Assembly (NCBI GenBank): GCA_028715175.1
Contig: JAQUSJ010000001.1
Span: 404,550 to 468,549 of the forward strand
Direction: 5' to 3'
From: Candidatus Daviesbacteria bacterium
GTDB taxonomy: Bacteria; Patescibacteriota; Microgenomatia; Daviesbacterales; UBA10151
Length of the DNA: 64,000 nucleotides
In this document: in pieces, positions 1-8,991 of the stretch
Position numbering within the stretch: position 1 is the stretch's first letter
How the letters are laid out: the number at the start of each line of letters is the position of its first letter
Notes under the pieces: generated by a model
Told to the model about the DNA's origin: nothing
The model's input: the letters and a program-made list of their open reading frames with translations, nothing else
The model's database searches: none
Position numbers and translations under genes: made by a program

Positions 1-2
1 GG

Positions 3-599
3 GTAGTAAAGATTCCTAACGGTATAGATTTAGATAAATTTTCTCCGGAGGGTGAGAAAATAAAACTTGATTTGAAGAAACCGATTATTTTATCGGTAGG
101 GGCTTTGGTTTGGTATAAGCATCACGAGAAAGTTATAGATGCAGTTTCCCGATTAAGGAAAGGTTCTGTTTTGATAGTTGGTGAAGGAGAATTAAAAGAA
201 GACTTGAAGAAATTAGGAAAGGAAAAATTGGGTGACAGATTTATGATATCTAATTTTAGTTATGAAGATATGCCAAAAGTTTACCGGTCCTCTGACCTTT
301 TTACTTTGCCGTCTTGGGATAGGGAAGCTTTTGGAATTGTATATCTGGAAGCTATGGCCTCAGGTTTAGGAGTGGTGGCTCCGAATGATGTATCCAGAAG
401 AGAGATACTGGGAGACGCCGGTTTGTTTGCCGAGATTAGTAACCCCATAGATTATGCGGAAACTGTTAAGAAGGCTTTAGGGATTGACTGGGTAAAATTA
501 GCCAGGGCTCAAGCGGAAAAATTTTCCTGGGAGAAAGTGGCCAAGGAGTATGAAGAATTAATGTTAAATATGATAAAACAAAAAGGGTGTCAAAAATGA
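3..599 (+). CDS. GT4 family glycosyltransferase, 5'-partial (frame open from window edge)
   Basis: IPNGID, LSVG, EAFGIVYLEAMASG and FSWEKVA are GT-B/GT4 motifs; the frame continues upstream of the track start at 72. Confidence 0.9.
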   Translation, partial: VVKIPNGIDLDKFSPEGEKIKLDLKKPIILSVGALVWYKHHEKVIDAVSRLRKGSVLIVGEGELKEDLKKLGKEKLGDRFMISNFSYEDMPKVYRSSDLFTLPSWDREAFGIVYLEAMASGLGVVAPNDVSRREILGDAGLFAEISNPIDYAETVKKALGIDWVKLARAQAEKFSWEKVAKEYEELMLNMIKQKGCQK

Positions 600-1336
600 T
601 CAGCGCAATTATTATTACTTTAAACGAAGAAGATAAAATAGGCCGGGCTATTAAAAGTTTAAAAGGATTAGCAGATGAAATAATTGTGGTTGATTCCGGC
701 AGCAGCGATAAAACTTTGGATATTGCTGAAAGTTTAGGCGCAAAAGTTTACTTTCGTAAATTTGACAATTTTGCCAATCAAAAGAATTGGGCCGTATCAA
801 AAACTAAGGGGGATTGGATTTTATCTTTGGATGCGGATGAGGAAATATTGGGCAGTTTAGCAGAGGAAATTAAAGAAGCTTCTAAAAGTAACAACTTTGC
901 AGGTTATTTACTGCCCAGGAGAAACTTTATCTTCAAAAAGGAGATAAAACATTCCAGATGGAGTCCGGATTTACATATCTGGTTATGGAAAAAAGATTGC
1001 GGCAGGTGGGTGGGGGATGTTCATGAAGAGGTGGTAGTTTCTGGAAAGGTAGGTTTACTGAAAGGAAGCAAAATTCATAATTCTCATGATACTGTAAGCA
1101 GTTTTATTAAAGCCAATAACTTATATTCAACATTAGATGCCCGGAAATTATTCAGAAAAAATATTAAATTTTCTTTCATAAAGATGTTTAGGGAAACTTT
1201 TTTTGAATTCTTTATCAGATTTTTCTACAAAAGGGGTTTCCTGGATGGAAGCGAAGGTTTTATTTTGGCTTATATAATGGGCATTTATAAACTGACTGTC
1301 TGGATAAAACTTTGGGAGCTGGAGAGAAAAGAATGA
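596..1336 (+). CDS. GT2 family glycosyltransferase
   Basis: IITLNEE, VVDSGSSD, LDADE, VHE; ATG 596 overlaps the upstream stop (ATGA). Confidence 0.9.
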   Translation: MISAIIITLNEEDKIGRAIKSLKGLADEIIVVDSGSSDKTLDIAESLGAKVYFRKFDNFANQKNWAVSKTKGDWILSLDADEEILGSLAEEIKEASKSNNFAGYLLPRRNFIFKKEIKHSRWSPDLHIWLWKKDCGRWVGDVHEEVVVSGKVGLLKGSKIHNSHDTVSSFIKANNLYSTLDARKLFRKNIKFSFIKMFRETFFEFFIRFFYKRGFLDGSEGFILAYIMGIYKLTVWIKLWELERKE

Positions 1337-2751
1337 TCTGGATTATTTTAGGTATAGGGGTTGTTTTGCGGTTGATTAGTTTAAACCAAAGTCTGTGGTT
1401 GGATGAAGGAATAAATATCATGGCTGCAAAGAGTTTTTCTTTGGCGGGCATGGTGACACAATATGCTGTTGCTGATTTTCATCCGCCTGGTTGGTTTATA
1501 ATTTTATGGTTTTGGGGAAAGTTTTTTGGTTACTCCGAGGTTGCAGTCAGGATACCCTCTGTAATTTTTGGTGTTATTACTATTTTTATAATTTATTTAA
1601 TAGGGAAAAAATTAGTTTCTAAAAATCTTGGGCTTTTGGCTGCATTGCTTCTAAGTGTTAATCCTCTGCATATTTACTACAGTCAGGAAGCCAGGATGTA
1701 TGCTTTGGCAACTCTGGCTGTTTCAGTTAATGTTTATTTACTAATAAAACTAATTAAGGGAGAAAAGGTCAATTTAATCTTTCTGATTATTAGTAATCTG
1801 GGGATATTATTATCCGATTATGTAGCTTATTTTATTTTTCCTGCGGAATTTATCTTTCTGTTGCTATCGAAAAAGAAAGAGTTTCTAAAAAAATGGTTTA
1901 TTGCTTTGGTTGCCGCGACAATATTGGGCAGTTGGTGGATTCCGATATTTTTAAGCCAACTTAATGTTGGAGCGGTCGTTTCAGCAAATTTGCCAACATG
2001 GAAATTTGTTGTGGGCGGGTTTGATTTTAAAACGGTTCCGCTTACGTTTGTAAAATTTATTATCGGCAGAATAAGTTTGACTGATAAAGTTCTATACTAC
2101 GCAATACTATTACCGGTTTGCAGTTTGTTTTTTTATTTAATATGGCAGGGAGCAAGGAAACTGGATAACTTACAAAAAAGTTTTCTAATAACTTGGGTAG
2201 TTATTCCTCCGCTCATTGCGACTGCTATTTCACTTGTAGTGCCTGTATACAATTATTTTAGAGTTTTGTTTATTGTTCCAAGTTTTGTTATTTTAGTTGC
2301 AACCGGTATTTTATCTTTTAAAAATCGATTAAGGTATATCTTTTTGGGTAGTGTAGTTTTAGTAGAAGTTTTTTGCGCTTTAGTTTATTTGATAAACCCT
2401 GTTTACCAAAGAGAAGACTGGAGGGGGTTAGTTGATTCTTTTCAAAGCCTTAAACCTTCAATTATTCTATTCGAAAGTTCCGGGACGCTGCCTCCTTTTG
2501 ATTACTATGCTAAAGGAGGCTTAAATGCAAAAGGGGCTTTGAAAGATTTTCCCGCCAGGGATGAGAATTCCGTTTCTGATTTGGGATCCCTTATTAAGAG
2601 TTATAAAGAAGTATATCTAGTCGATTATTTAGTACAGATTAGCGACCCAAACAGACTGGTTGCCGGGAAATTAACAGGTTTAGGATATAAAAAGGCAGGT
2701 ATTAAAAATTTTAATGGTGTTGGATTTGTCTATCATTACATCAAAGAATGA
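1333..2751 (+). CDS. GT-C membrane glycosyltransferase (PMT_2/GT39-like)
   Basis: Multi-TM; SLWLDE, DFHPP, YYSQEARMY; ATGA coupling at 1333. Confidence 0.8.
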   Translation: MIWIILGIGVVLRLISLNQSLWLDEGINIMAAKSFSLAGMVTQYAVADFHPPGWFIILWFWGKFFGYSEVAVRIPSVIFGVITIFIIYLIGKKLVSKNLGLLAALLLSVNPLHIYYSQEARMYALATLAVSVNVYLLIKLIKGEKVNLIFLIISNLGILLSDYVAYFIFPAEFIFLLLSKKKEFLKKWFIALVAATILGSWWIPIFLSQLNVGAVVSANLPTWKFVVGGFDFKTVPLTFVKFIIGRISLTDKVLYYAILLPVCSLFFYLIWQGARKLDNLQKSFLITWVVIPPLIATAISLVVPVYNYFRVLFIVPSFVILVATGILSFKNRLRYIFLGSVVLVEVFCALVYLINPVYQREDWRGLVDSFQSLKPSIILFESSGTLPPFDYYAKGGLNAKGALKDFPARDENSVSDLGSLIKSYKEVYLVDYLVQISDPNRLVAGKLTGLGYKKAGIKNFNGVGFVYHYIKE

Positions 2752-4106
2752 AAAGTATTTTTTTCAAGAGACCTTCAATATATTTGACACTCTTTTTAAT
2801 TGTAGCAATTCATGTATTTATATTAACTAAATTGATTTATTTTCCGTATCCGGAACTATTTATTTATCCGTATCTTACTAATCACGGTTTAGCTCCTTAC
2901 GTCCAGATTTTGGACCAGCATTTTCCGGGACTTTTGTTTTTACCAATCAATTTAAATAATTTAGGGATGAATACACCCGAGACAGCCAGAATTTGGTCAA
3001 TCGCCGTAGTTATTTTAATCCAGGTGATATTATTTTTTGTTAGTAGTGAAATACTAAAAAGCAAAACCAAAGCACTTCTGGTAAATATCCTTTATTTGAT
3101 ATGGCAGCCTTTTTTTGAGGGTTGGGTTTTATGGATAGACAGCTTTTTACCGCTCCTGCTTCTGCCTGCTCTTTATTCTCTCTACCGCGGTAAGATTTTT
3201 GCCGCAGGAATATTGTTGGGACTGGCTGTTATGTTTAAACAAACCATAATTCCTCTTTCTGTGTTTGTTTTAATTTATATATTTTGGAAGACGCGCAGTT
3301 TTAAAAATTCCTTTAGATTTTTAGGAGGGTTACTGATTCCTGTAGTGCTAATGGTTGTATATCTTGCCAGTATAGGGGTATTTTCTGATTTTTGGTACTG
3401 GACGGTAACATTTAATCTGACAACATTTGCCCAATTTGGCAGAGGCGCGGTTCCGACTCTGGCCCATTTTTTAAGGGTGCTGTTTGTATTTGGTTTGCCG
3501 TTTTTAATACTTAAATGGATTAGATTGGCGGAGGTACAAATCCTGCTAATTTTTCTGATAGGAGCACTGGCAGGTCTTTCTACCAGGTTTGACTTTGTGC
3601 ATTTTCAACCTGCCTTGCCGTTTGCCCTGATTGCTTTTGTCTTTGTATTGGGGCGATTAGGGAAATTAGGACGGTTAGGGATTATGAGTCTGTACGGCTT
3701 GATTTTAGTATGGTGGCTCATTATTTTTTATAAGGGTCATTTAGGGGATCAAGTGATATCATTTGGTCCTAATACCAGAGAACTTGCTGTTAAAATTAAG
3801 AGCAGTACCAGTCCCGGTGAGAAAATTTTTATATATGGTGTACAGCAGCATCTATACCAGATGTCTGATACATTGCCTGCAGGGGATATTTTTGTTTTCC
3901 AGTTTCCCTGGTTTATGCAAGTAGCAGAAAGTAGAATCCTGGAAGGAATTATAAAAGATAAACCCCGAATTGTAATTTCTGACAGAGAAGTTTTGATTGA
4001 GAACCGGAAGATTACGGATTTTGCCAGAGATATTGATCAATATATTCAAAGTAATTACCAAAAAATTGACAGTGTGGGAACTGCAGAAATTCTGCAAAGG
4101 AAGTAA
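2748..4106 (+). CDS. Multi-pass membrane protein, probable GT-C glycosyltransferase
   Basis: Many TM segments; PY..ILDQHFPG loop, KQT motif, C-terminal soluble domain; lies in a GT cluster. Confidence 0.6.
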   Translation: MKSIFFKRPSIYLTLFLIVAIHVFILTKLIYFPYPELFIYPYLTNHGLAPYVQILDQHFPGLLFLPINLNNLGMNTPETARIWSIAVVILIQVILFFVSSEILKSKTKALLVNILYLIWQPFFEGWVLWIDSFLPLLLLPALYSLYRGKIFAAGILLGLAVMFKQTIIPLSVFVLIYIFWKTRSFKNSFRFLGGLLIPVVLMVVYLASIGVFSDFWYWTVTFNLTTFAQFGRGAVPTLAHFLRVLFVFGLPFLILKWIRLAEVQILLIFLIGALAGLSTRFDFVHFQPALPFALIAFVFVLGRLGKLGRLGIMSLYGLILVWWLIIFYKGHLGDQVISFGPNTRELAVKIKSSTSPGEKIFIYGVQQHLYQMSDTLPAGDIFVFQFPWFMQVAESRILEGIIKDKPRIVISDREVLIENRKITDFARDIDQYIQSNYQKIDSVGTAEILQRK

Positions 4107-4115
4107 GATACTAAT

Positions 4116-5159
4116 ATGGATACAAAAATACGTGTCGGTATGGATATATCGCAGCTTGCTCACTTGGGAGGGGTTGCAACTTATACTAAAAATCTTACTG
4201 ACAACCTCTCAAAATTATCAGGACTTGAGATGGTCTATTTTTATTCTTCTTTAAGAAAGACGTATAAAGGAAAGCTGAAAAACGTTAAATCATACCGGTT
4301 GCCTCCAACGCTTTTTGAAATGCTCTTTAATAGATGGAGGAATGTTGGTGTTGAAAAGTTTACCGGACCTTTGGATATTTTCCATAGTTCAGATTGGACG
4401 CAGCCAAAAAGTAAGGCCAAAAAAGTTACTACCTATCATGATGTAGTTCCCTTGAAATATCCTCAATGGTCTCACCCAAAAATAGTTGCTGTTCACAAAA
4501 GAAGATTAGCTTTGGTAGAAAAAGAAATTGATATGGTGATTGCAGTTTCAGAGTCTACAAAGAAAGACCTATTAGAAATTACAAAAATTCCCGAGAACAA
4601 AATTAATGTTATTTATGAAGGCCCAACTATATCCGATAGTATTAGACTCCAAGGGGACGCCTTGGAGCCTGATAAGATAAAAAAGTTTAAAGAGAAATAT
4701 AACCTGCCGGATAAATTTATTCTGGCAATCGGAGGGATAGGAGAGAGAAGAAATTTAGAGAGAGCAAAAGAAGCCACGCGTGGATTAAATTTGGTTATTG
4801 CAGGGGTGACTCTTCCCTGGTTGAGCATGGAAGAGCTGGGGCTTTTATATCACAGCGCTAGAGTGTTGTTGTACCCCTCCCTTTATGAAGGTTTTGGTAT
4901 TCCCATACTGGATGCATTTTCGACAGGAACCCCGGTAATTACATCTAATGTTTCTTCCATGCCGGAGGTAGGAGGAAATGCAGCTATTTATGTTAATCCG
5001 CAAAGTGTTGAAGATATAAAAGAAAAACTCAATACGGTGTTAAACGATGAAAAGCTAAGGCAGGATTTGATTAAGAAAGGTTTTGAAAGAGTAAAAGGGT
5101 TTAGTTGGGAAAAAGCGGCTAAAGAAACCGCCGTAGTATACCGGAGGCTGCTGGAGTGA
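4116..5159 (+). CDS. GT4 glycosyltransferase
   Basis: GGVATY, TTYHD, IAVSESTKKD, YEGFGIPILDA. Confidence 0.9.
   Translation: MDTKIRVGMDISQLAHLGGVATYTKNLTDNLSKLSGLEMVYFYSSLRKTYKGKLKNVKSYRLPPTLFEMLFNRWRNVGVEKFTGPLDIFHSSDWTQPKSKAKKVTTYHDVVPLKYPQWSHPKIVAVHKRRLALVEKEIDMVIAVSESTKKDLLEITKIPENKINVIYEGPTISDSIRLQGDALEPDKIKKFKEKYNLPDKFILAIGGIGERRNLERAKEATRGLNLVIAGVTLPWLSMEELGLLYHSARVLLYPSLYEGFGIPILDAFSTGTPVITSNVSSMPEVGGNAAIYVNPQSVEDIKEKLNTVLNDEKLRQDLIKKGFERVKGFSWEKAAKETAVVYRRLLE
4644..4670. repeat. Intragenic palindrome CTCCAAGG-N5-CCTTGGAG
   Basis: Perfect 8-bp arms 4647-4654 and 4660-4667; encodes RLQGDALEP. Confidence 0.7.
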
Positions 5160-6349
5160 AAATTTGGATTGACGGATATGAGGCGAATGTTTTACAAAGG
5201 TTGGGTTCATCCCAAGTAGCTTTCGAGCTTTTAAAAAGCCTGGAAAAAATTGATAGCAGAAACGATTATGTAATTTTATTACCTGCTCTCCCGCTGGGTG
5301 ACCTGCCAAAAGAAAGAGCCGGATGGAGATATAAAATACTCCGACCCAGGAAACTTTGGACCAGGATTGCCTTACCTTTGGCGCTTTATAGCGCAAGGCA
5401 AAAACCGGATATATTTTTTTCTCCAACTCACTATATCCCCAGGTTTACTCCTGCCGGTATTAAAAGAGTAGTTACGATATTTGATTTATCTTTCCTCCGT
5501 TTTCCGGAGATGTTTGAAAGCCGTGATCTTTGGCAGCTTAAGAATTGGAGTAAGTTTTCGGTAGATAATGCGCAGCATATAATTACTATTTCCAACGCCA
5601 GCAAAAAAGATATTATCGGGCAGTATGGGGTGAGTAAAGACAGTATTACTGTTGCATACCCAGGGTACGATAGGGAAAAATTCAAAACTCAAATGTCAAA
5701 TGTCAAAACTGAAAAGATAATAAGAAAATATAAAATAGGGGATAACTACATTATATATGTTGGGACCATTCAGCCGAGGAAGAATCTGAAAAGACTGATG
5801 GAAGCATTTGCACACGTCATCCTGGAGAGAGCGCAGCGACCGATAGGATCCCGGAAGGATTCTATCGCTTCGCTCCAGAATGACAGTTTGGAATTAGTTG
5901 TAGTGGGTAAAACTAGCGGTGAAGGTAGACAAGGTTGGATGTATGAAGATATACTGAAGGCTCCAAAAACTTTGGGTATTGAGGATAAAGTAAAATTTTT
6001 GGGGTTCGTGCCCATAGATGATTTGTCTTATCTTTTATCTGGCGCTTTAGCTTTTATCCAGCCTTCTTTATGGGAAGGGTTTGGGATACCGGTGGTAGAG
6101 GCTATGGCAACCGGCATACCGGTTATTGTTTCTAATGTTTCCTCTTTGCCGGAAGTGGTAGGAGAGGCTGGATTTTTAGTAGATCCTTATTCTGTTGATC
6201 AAATAGAGCAGGCAATTAGAACGGTGGCAACTGACAAGAAACTGAGGCAGAAGCACTCAAAGGCAGGAATTGTACAAGCCAAGAAATTCTCCTGGGACAA
6301 AATGGCAATAACGGTGCTAAGAGTTTTTGAGAAGGCAGTTAGTAGTTAA
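5156..6349 (+). CDS. GT4 glycosyltransferase carrying an in-frame palindromic insertion
   Basis: [34 protein letters not shown]. Confidence 0.9.
   Translation: MKIWIDGYEANVLQRLGSSQVAFELLKSLEKIDSRNDYVILLPALPLGDLPKERAGWRYKILRPRKLWTRIALPLALYSARQKPDIFFSPTHYIPRFTPAGIKRVVTIFDLSFLRFPEMFESRDLWQLKNWSKFSVDNAQHIITISNASKKDIIGQYGVSKDSITVAYPGYDREKFKTQMSNVKTEKIIRKYKIGDNYIIYVGTIQPRKNLKRLMEAFAHVILERAQRPIGSRKDSIASLQNDSLELVVVGKTSGEGRQGWMYEDILKAPKTLGIEDKVKFLGFVPIDDLSYLLSGALAFIQPSLWEGFGIPVVEAMATGIPVIVSNVSSLPEVVGEAGFLVDPYSVDQIEQAIRTVATDKKLRQKHSKAGIVQAKKFSWDKMAITVLRVFEKAVSS
5816..5884. mobile_element. 69-bp REP/RPE-like palindromic element, in frame in the GT4 gene
   Basis: Outer arms GTCATCCTGGAG and CTCCAGAATGAC; inner arms CGATAGGATCC and GGATTCTATCG; exactly 23 codons. 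Confidence 0.8.
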
Positions 6350-6414
6350 TTTTGGAGATTGACAAGCAGGAATAAACTTTGCTTTGGGATGTTGGCCTCG
6401 TGTATAATCTTTGT

Positions 6415-7017
6415 ATGGCTTTCTTTAGGGATCGGATGGGTGAATCCTTAACTGCAGCTGAGGCTTCCCGGAAAATTGTAAATAGGGCATATAATTGGAT
6501 TTTGGATCTGGAATTATTACTGGTGACTTGGGCAGGATTGGTACCGTTACACTTATTTCGTTTGCTAATCTACGCTATGGCAGGTGTAAAGATAGGAAAA
6601 GGTTCCAGAATACATATTGGAGCCAGGTTTTTTTATCCGGTTAATGTTCAAATCGGAGAAGGTTCAATTTTAGGTGACAATATTTTTTTGGACGGCAGGG
6701 ATAAATTAATAATTGGCAACCATACAGATATTGCCTCAGGGGTGATGATTTTAAACTCCGAACATGACATTAATTCAGAAGATTTTCATGCTACTTCTTC
6801 CCCTGTTGAAATAGGGGATTATGTATTTATTGGTCCAAGAGCCATTATTTTGCCCGGGGTTAAAATCGGTAAAGGAGCAGTAGTGGCAGCCGGAGCAGTA
6901 GTGACTAAGGATGTGGGTGAATTTCAGATTGTTGGTGGTGTACCGGCTGAAGTGATAGGGGAGAGAAAGAGTAAAGATTTGCATTATAGGTTGGGTCGGG
7001 CAAGACTATTTCAATGA
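6415..7017 (+). CDS. Hexapeptide-repeat (LbH) O-acetyltransferase
   Basis: IGKGSRI, IGDYVFIGPRAIILPGVKIGKGAVVAAGAVVTKDV, GGVPA; start moved to ATG 6415 because TATAAT lies at 6403-6408. Confidence 0.88.
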   Translation: MAFFRDRMGESLTAAEASRKIVNRAYNWILDLELLLVTWAGLVPLHLFRLLIYAMAGVKIGKGSRIHIGARFFYPVNVQIGEGSILGDNIFLDGRDKLIIGNHTDIASGVMILNSEHDINSEDFHATSSPVEIGDYVFIGPRAIILPGVKIGKGAVVAAGAVVTKDVGEFQIVGGVPAEVIGERKSKDLHYRLGRARLFQ

Positions 7018-7568
7018 TGAAGAAATTTTTTCTTATATTTTCCGTACTGCTTTTAGTTTATATGATTTGGCCGGGGCCAACAAAAATTGCCGATTTTAAG
7101 CCACTTCCCTCCTCTGTTAAATCTACACTTGCGGGAGACAATATAGAACAGGTATCCAATGTAGCAGGGTATTTTTCAGATAACTTCAGACCGTTTGTAA
7201 CCTCTTTCTATAAATCAAATTATTGGCAAAAAACTTTATTGCCATTTCCTCCGATAGAATTAATACATCCTCCGGAGTATGCTTTTGTAATAATAAAAAA
7301 ACACACCGACAGTACTTACCTTGAAGAGCTGGTTTATCCGTTAAGGGATTCTTTGTATGTGAATGGTTTTGAACCATTTTATTCCGATGGGAGTCCAAAA
7401 TTCTGGGGGTCAACGAAATTTGATGTTGACGGGGACAGTTTTTATACTAAAACCACACTCCGGTTTTACCCTTCACCGATTTTTGTAAGAATATTAGTTT
7501 GGTTAGGAATTGTAGTTTCGGTTTACGGGCTCAGTAAAGTAGGAAAAAAAATCTTGTTTAATATATGA
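7014..7568 (+). CDS. Hypothetical membrane protein (N- and C-terminal TM)
   Basis: Hydrophobic ends; translationally coupled within the operon. Confidence 0.6.
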   Translation: MMKKFFLIFSVLLLVYMIWPGPTKIADFKPLPSSVKSTLAGDNIEQVSNVAGYFSDNFRPFVTSFYKSNYWQKTLLPFPPIELIHPPEYAFVIIKKHTDSTYLEELVYPLRDSLYVNGFEPFYSDGSPKFWGSTKFDVDGDSFYTKTTLRFYPSPIFVRILVWLGIVVSVYGLSKVGKKILFNI

Positions 7569-8983
7569 AAAAACTAAACAAAACTCTAGAAAAATTCTTA
7601 TTATATTTGATCCTGTTTCTCTTTGTGTTTATTCCTCTTTACCCAAAGTTTCCACTATTTAATGTTGCGGGAACATTTGTTGCAATAAGATTGGAAGATT
7701 TAGTAATAGGATTAACTTTAGGGCTTTGGGCAATTTATTTAGTAATTTCTAATCAATTAAGAACATTTCTGAAAGATAAACTGAACTTAGCGATATTGCT
7801 GTTCTTTTTTGTGGCGGCTGTTTCCATATTTTCTGCAAATTTTTTGACACATACTGTTACTTCACACATTAGCATTCTTCATTATCTTAGAAGAATTGAA
7901 TTCCTTCTGCTTCTTCCTGTTGTAGCAAGTATTGTAAAAAATAAGAGAGATTTAATTTTGATAATGATCTTTTTAGCAATTACCGCAATATTAGTAAATC
8001 TATATGCTTTAGGTCAGATTTATTTGGACTGGCCTGTGATTTCAACCAGTAATTCTGAGTTTTCAAAAGGATTAATATTACGCTTAACTCCGGGGGCCCG
8101 CGCTAATTCCACTTTTGCAGGGCATTATGATTTAGCGGTGTATCTTGCCATGGCGATTTCCCTGTTAACAGCAATTTTCTTCTCAGTTTCAAAGAAGCTT
8201 AAATTTGGCGTACTGTCACTAGGGATTTTATCATTAGTTGTATTAATTATGACTGCAGCAAGGTTAGCTTTTGTTGCGGCTTTTATTGGAATAATTTTAT
8301 CACTCCTTTTTTCAAAAAAGACGAAGTATATTTTGTTTATTCTTTTTATTGCCACGGCGATATTAATATATCCATCTCAACTTAGAGACAGGTTAATTTC
8401 TACAGTCACAGTAAATCTATTTTCTCAAGGTCAGCGGTATGTAGGGCAAACAACCGATCAGCAGGTAAGAAGCAAATTAAATATTCCAACATTGGCAGTG
8501 AAAACCTCAAGCACTTCAGGATTAACATCAACTTTCGCATCTTCTTCCGGTCAAACCGCGACGGATATCACGCCGGGAGAGCCGATAGATACGACACAGT
8601 TGGGCGTATACAGGTCTTTTGAGATCAGGTTGAAGGTTGAATGGCCAAGAGCGGTGACAGCTTTTATTAAAAATCCCTTGCTGGGAACCGGATATTCCTC
8701 TATTGATATAGCAACAGATAATGATTTTTTAAGATCTTTGGGGGAAGTTGGTTTGTTAGGAACCTTGGCTTTGATTTTAGTTTTAGTAGAAGTCGCTAAA
8801 AGGATATTTTTTTTGCTTAAAAGTGAAAGTAAACTAGTCAGGTTTTTTTCAGCCGGAGTATTATCAATGTTTTTTACCTTTATTATTAATGGATTATTTA
8901 TAGATGTTTTTGAAGCTTCCAAGGTGGCATCGCTTTTTTGGATGATGCTTGGATTAAATTTAGCTGTTTTAAGATTTAAATAA
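7565..8983 (+). CDS. O-antigen ligase/polymerase (Wzy_C) family protein
   Basis: Multi-TM; RANSTFAGHYDLA, R...W..A..AFIKNPLLGTGY, DNDFLRSLGEVGLLG. Confidence 0.8.
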   Translation: MKKLNKTLEKFLLYLILFLFVFIPLYPKFPLFNVAGTFVAIRLEDLVIGLTLGLWAIYLVISNQLRTFLKDKLNLAILLFFFVAAVSIFSANFLTHTVTSHISILHYLRRIEFLLLLPVVASIVKNKRDLILIMIFLAITAILVNLYALGQIYLDWPVISTSNSEFSKGLILRLTPGARANSTFAGHYDLAVYLAMAISLLTAIFFSVSKKLKFGVLSLGILSLVVLIMTAARLAFVAAFIGIILSLLFSKKTKYILFILFIATAILIYPSQLRDRLISTVTVNLFSQGQRYVGQTTDQQVRSKLNIPTLAVKTSSTSGLTSTFASSSGQTATDITPGEPIDTTQLGVYRSFEIRLKVEWPRAVTAFIKNPLLGTGYSSIDIATDNDFLRSLGEVGLLGTLALILVLVEVAKRIFFLLKSESKLVRFFSAGVLSMFFTFIINGLFIDVFEASKVASLFWMMLGLNLAVLRFK

Positions 8984-8991
8984 ATGAAAAA

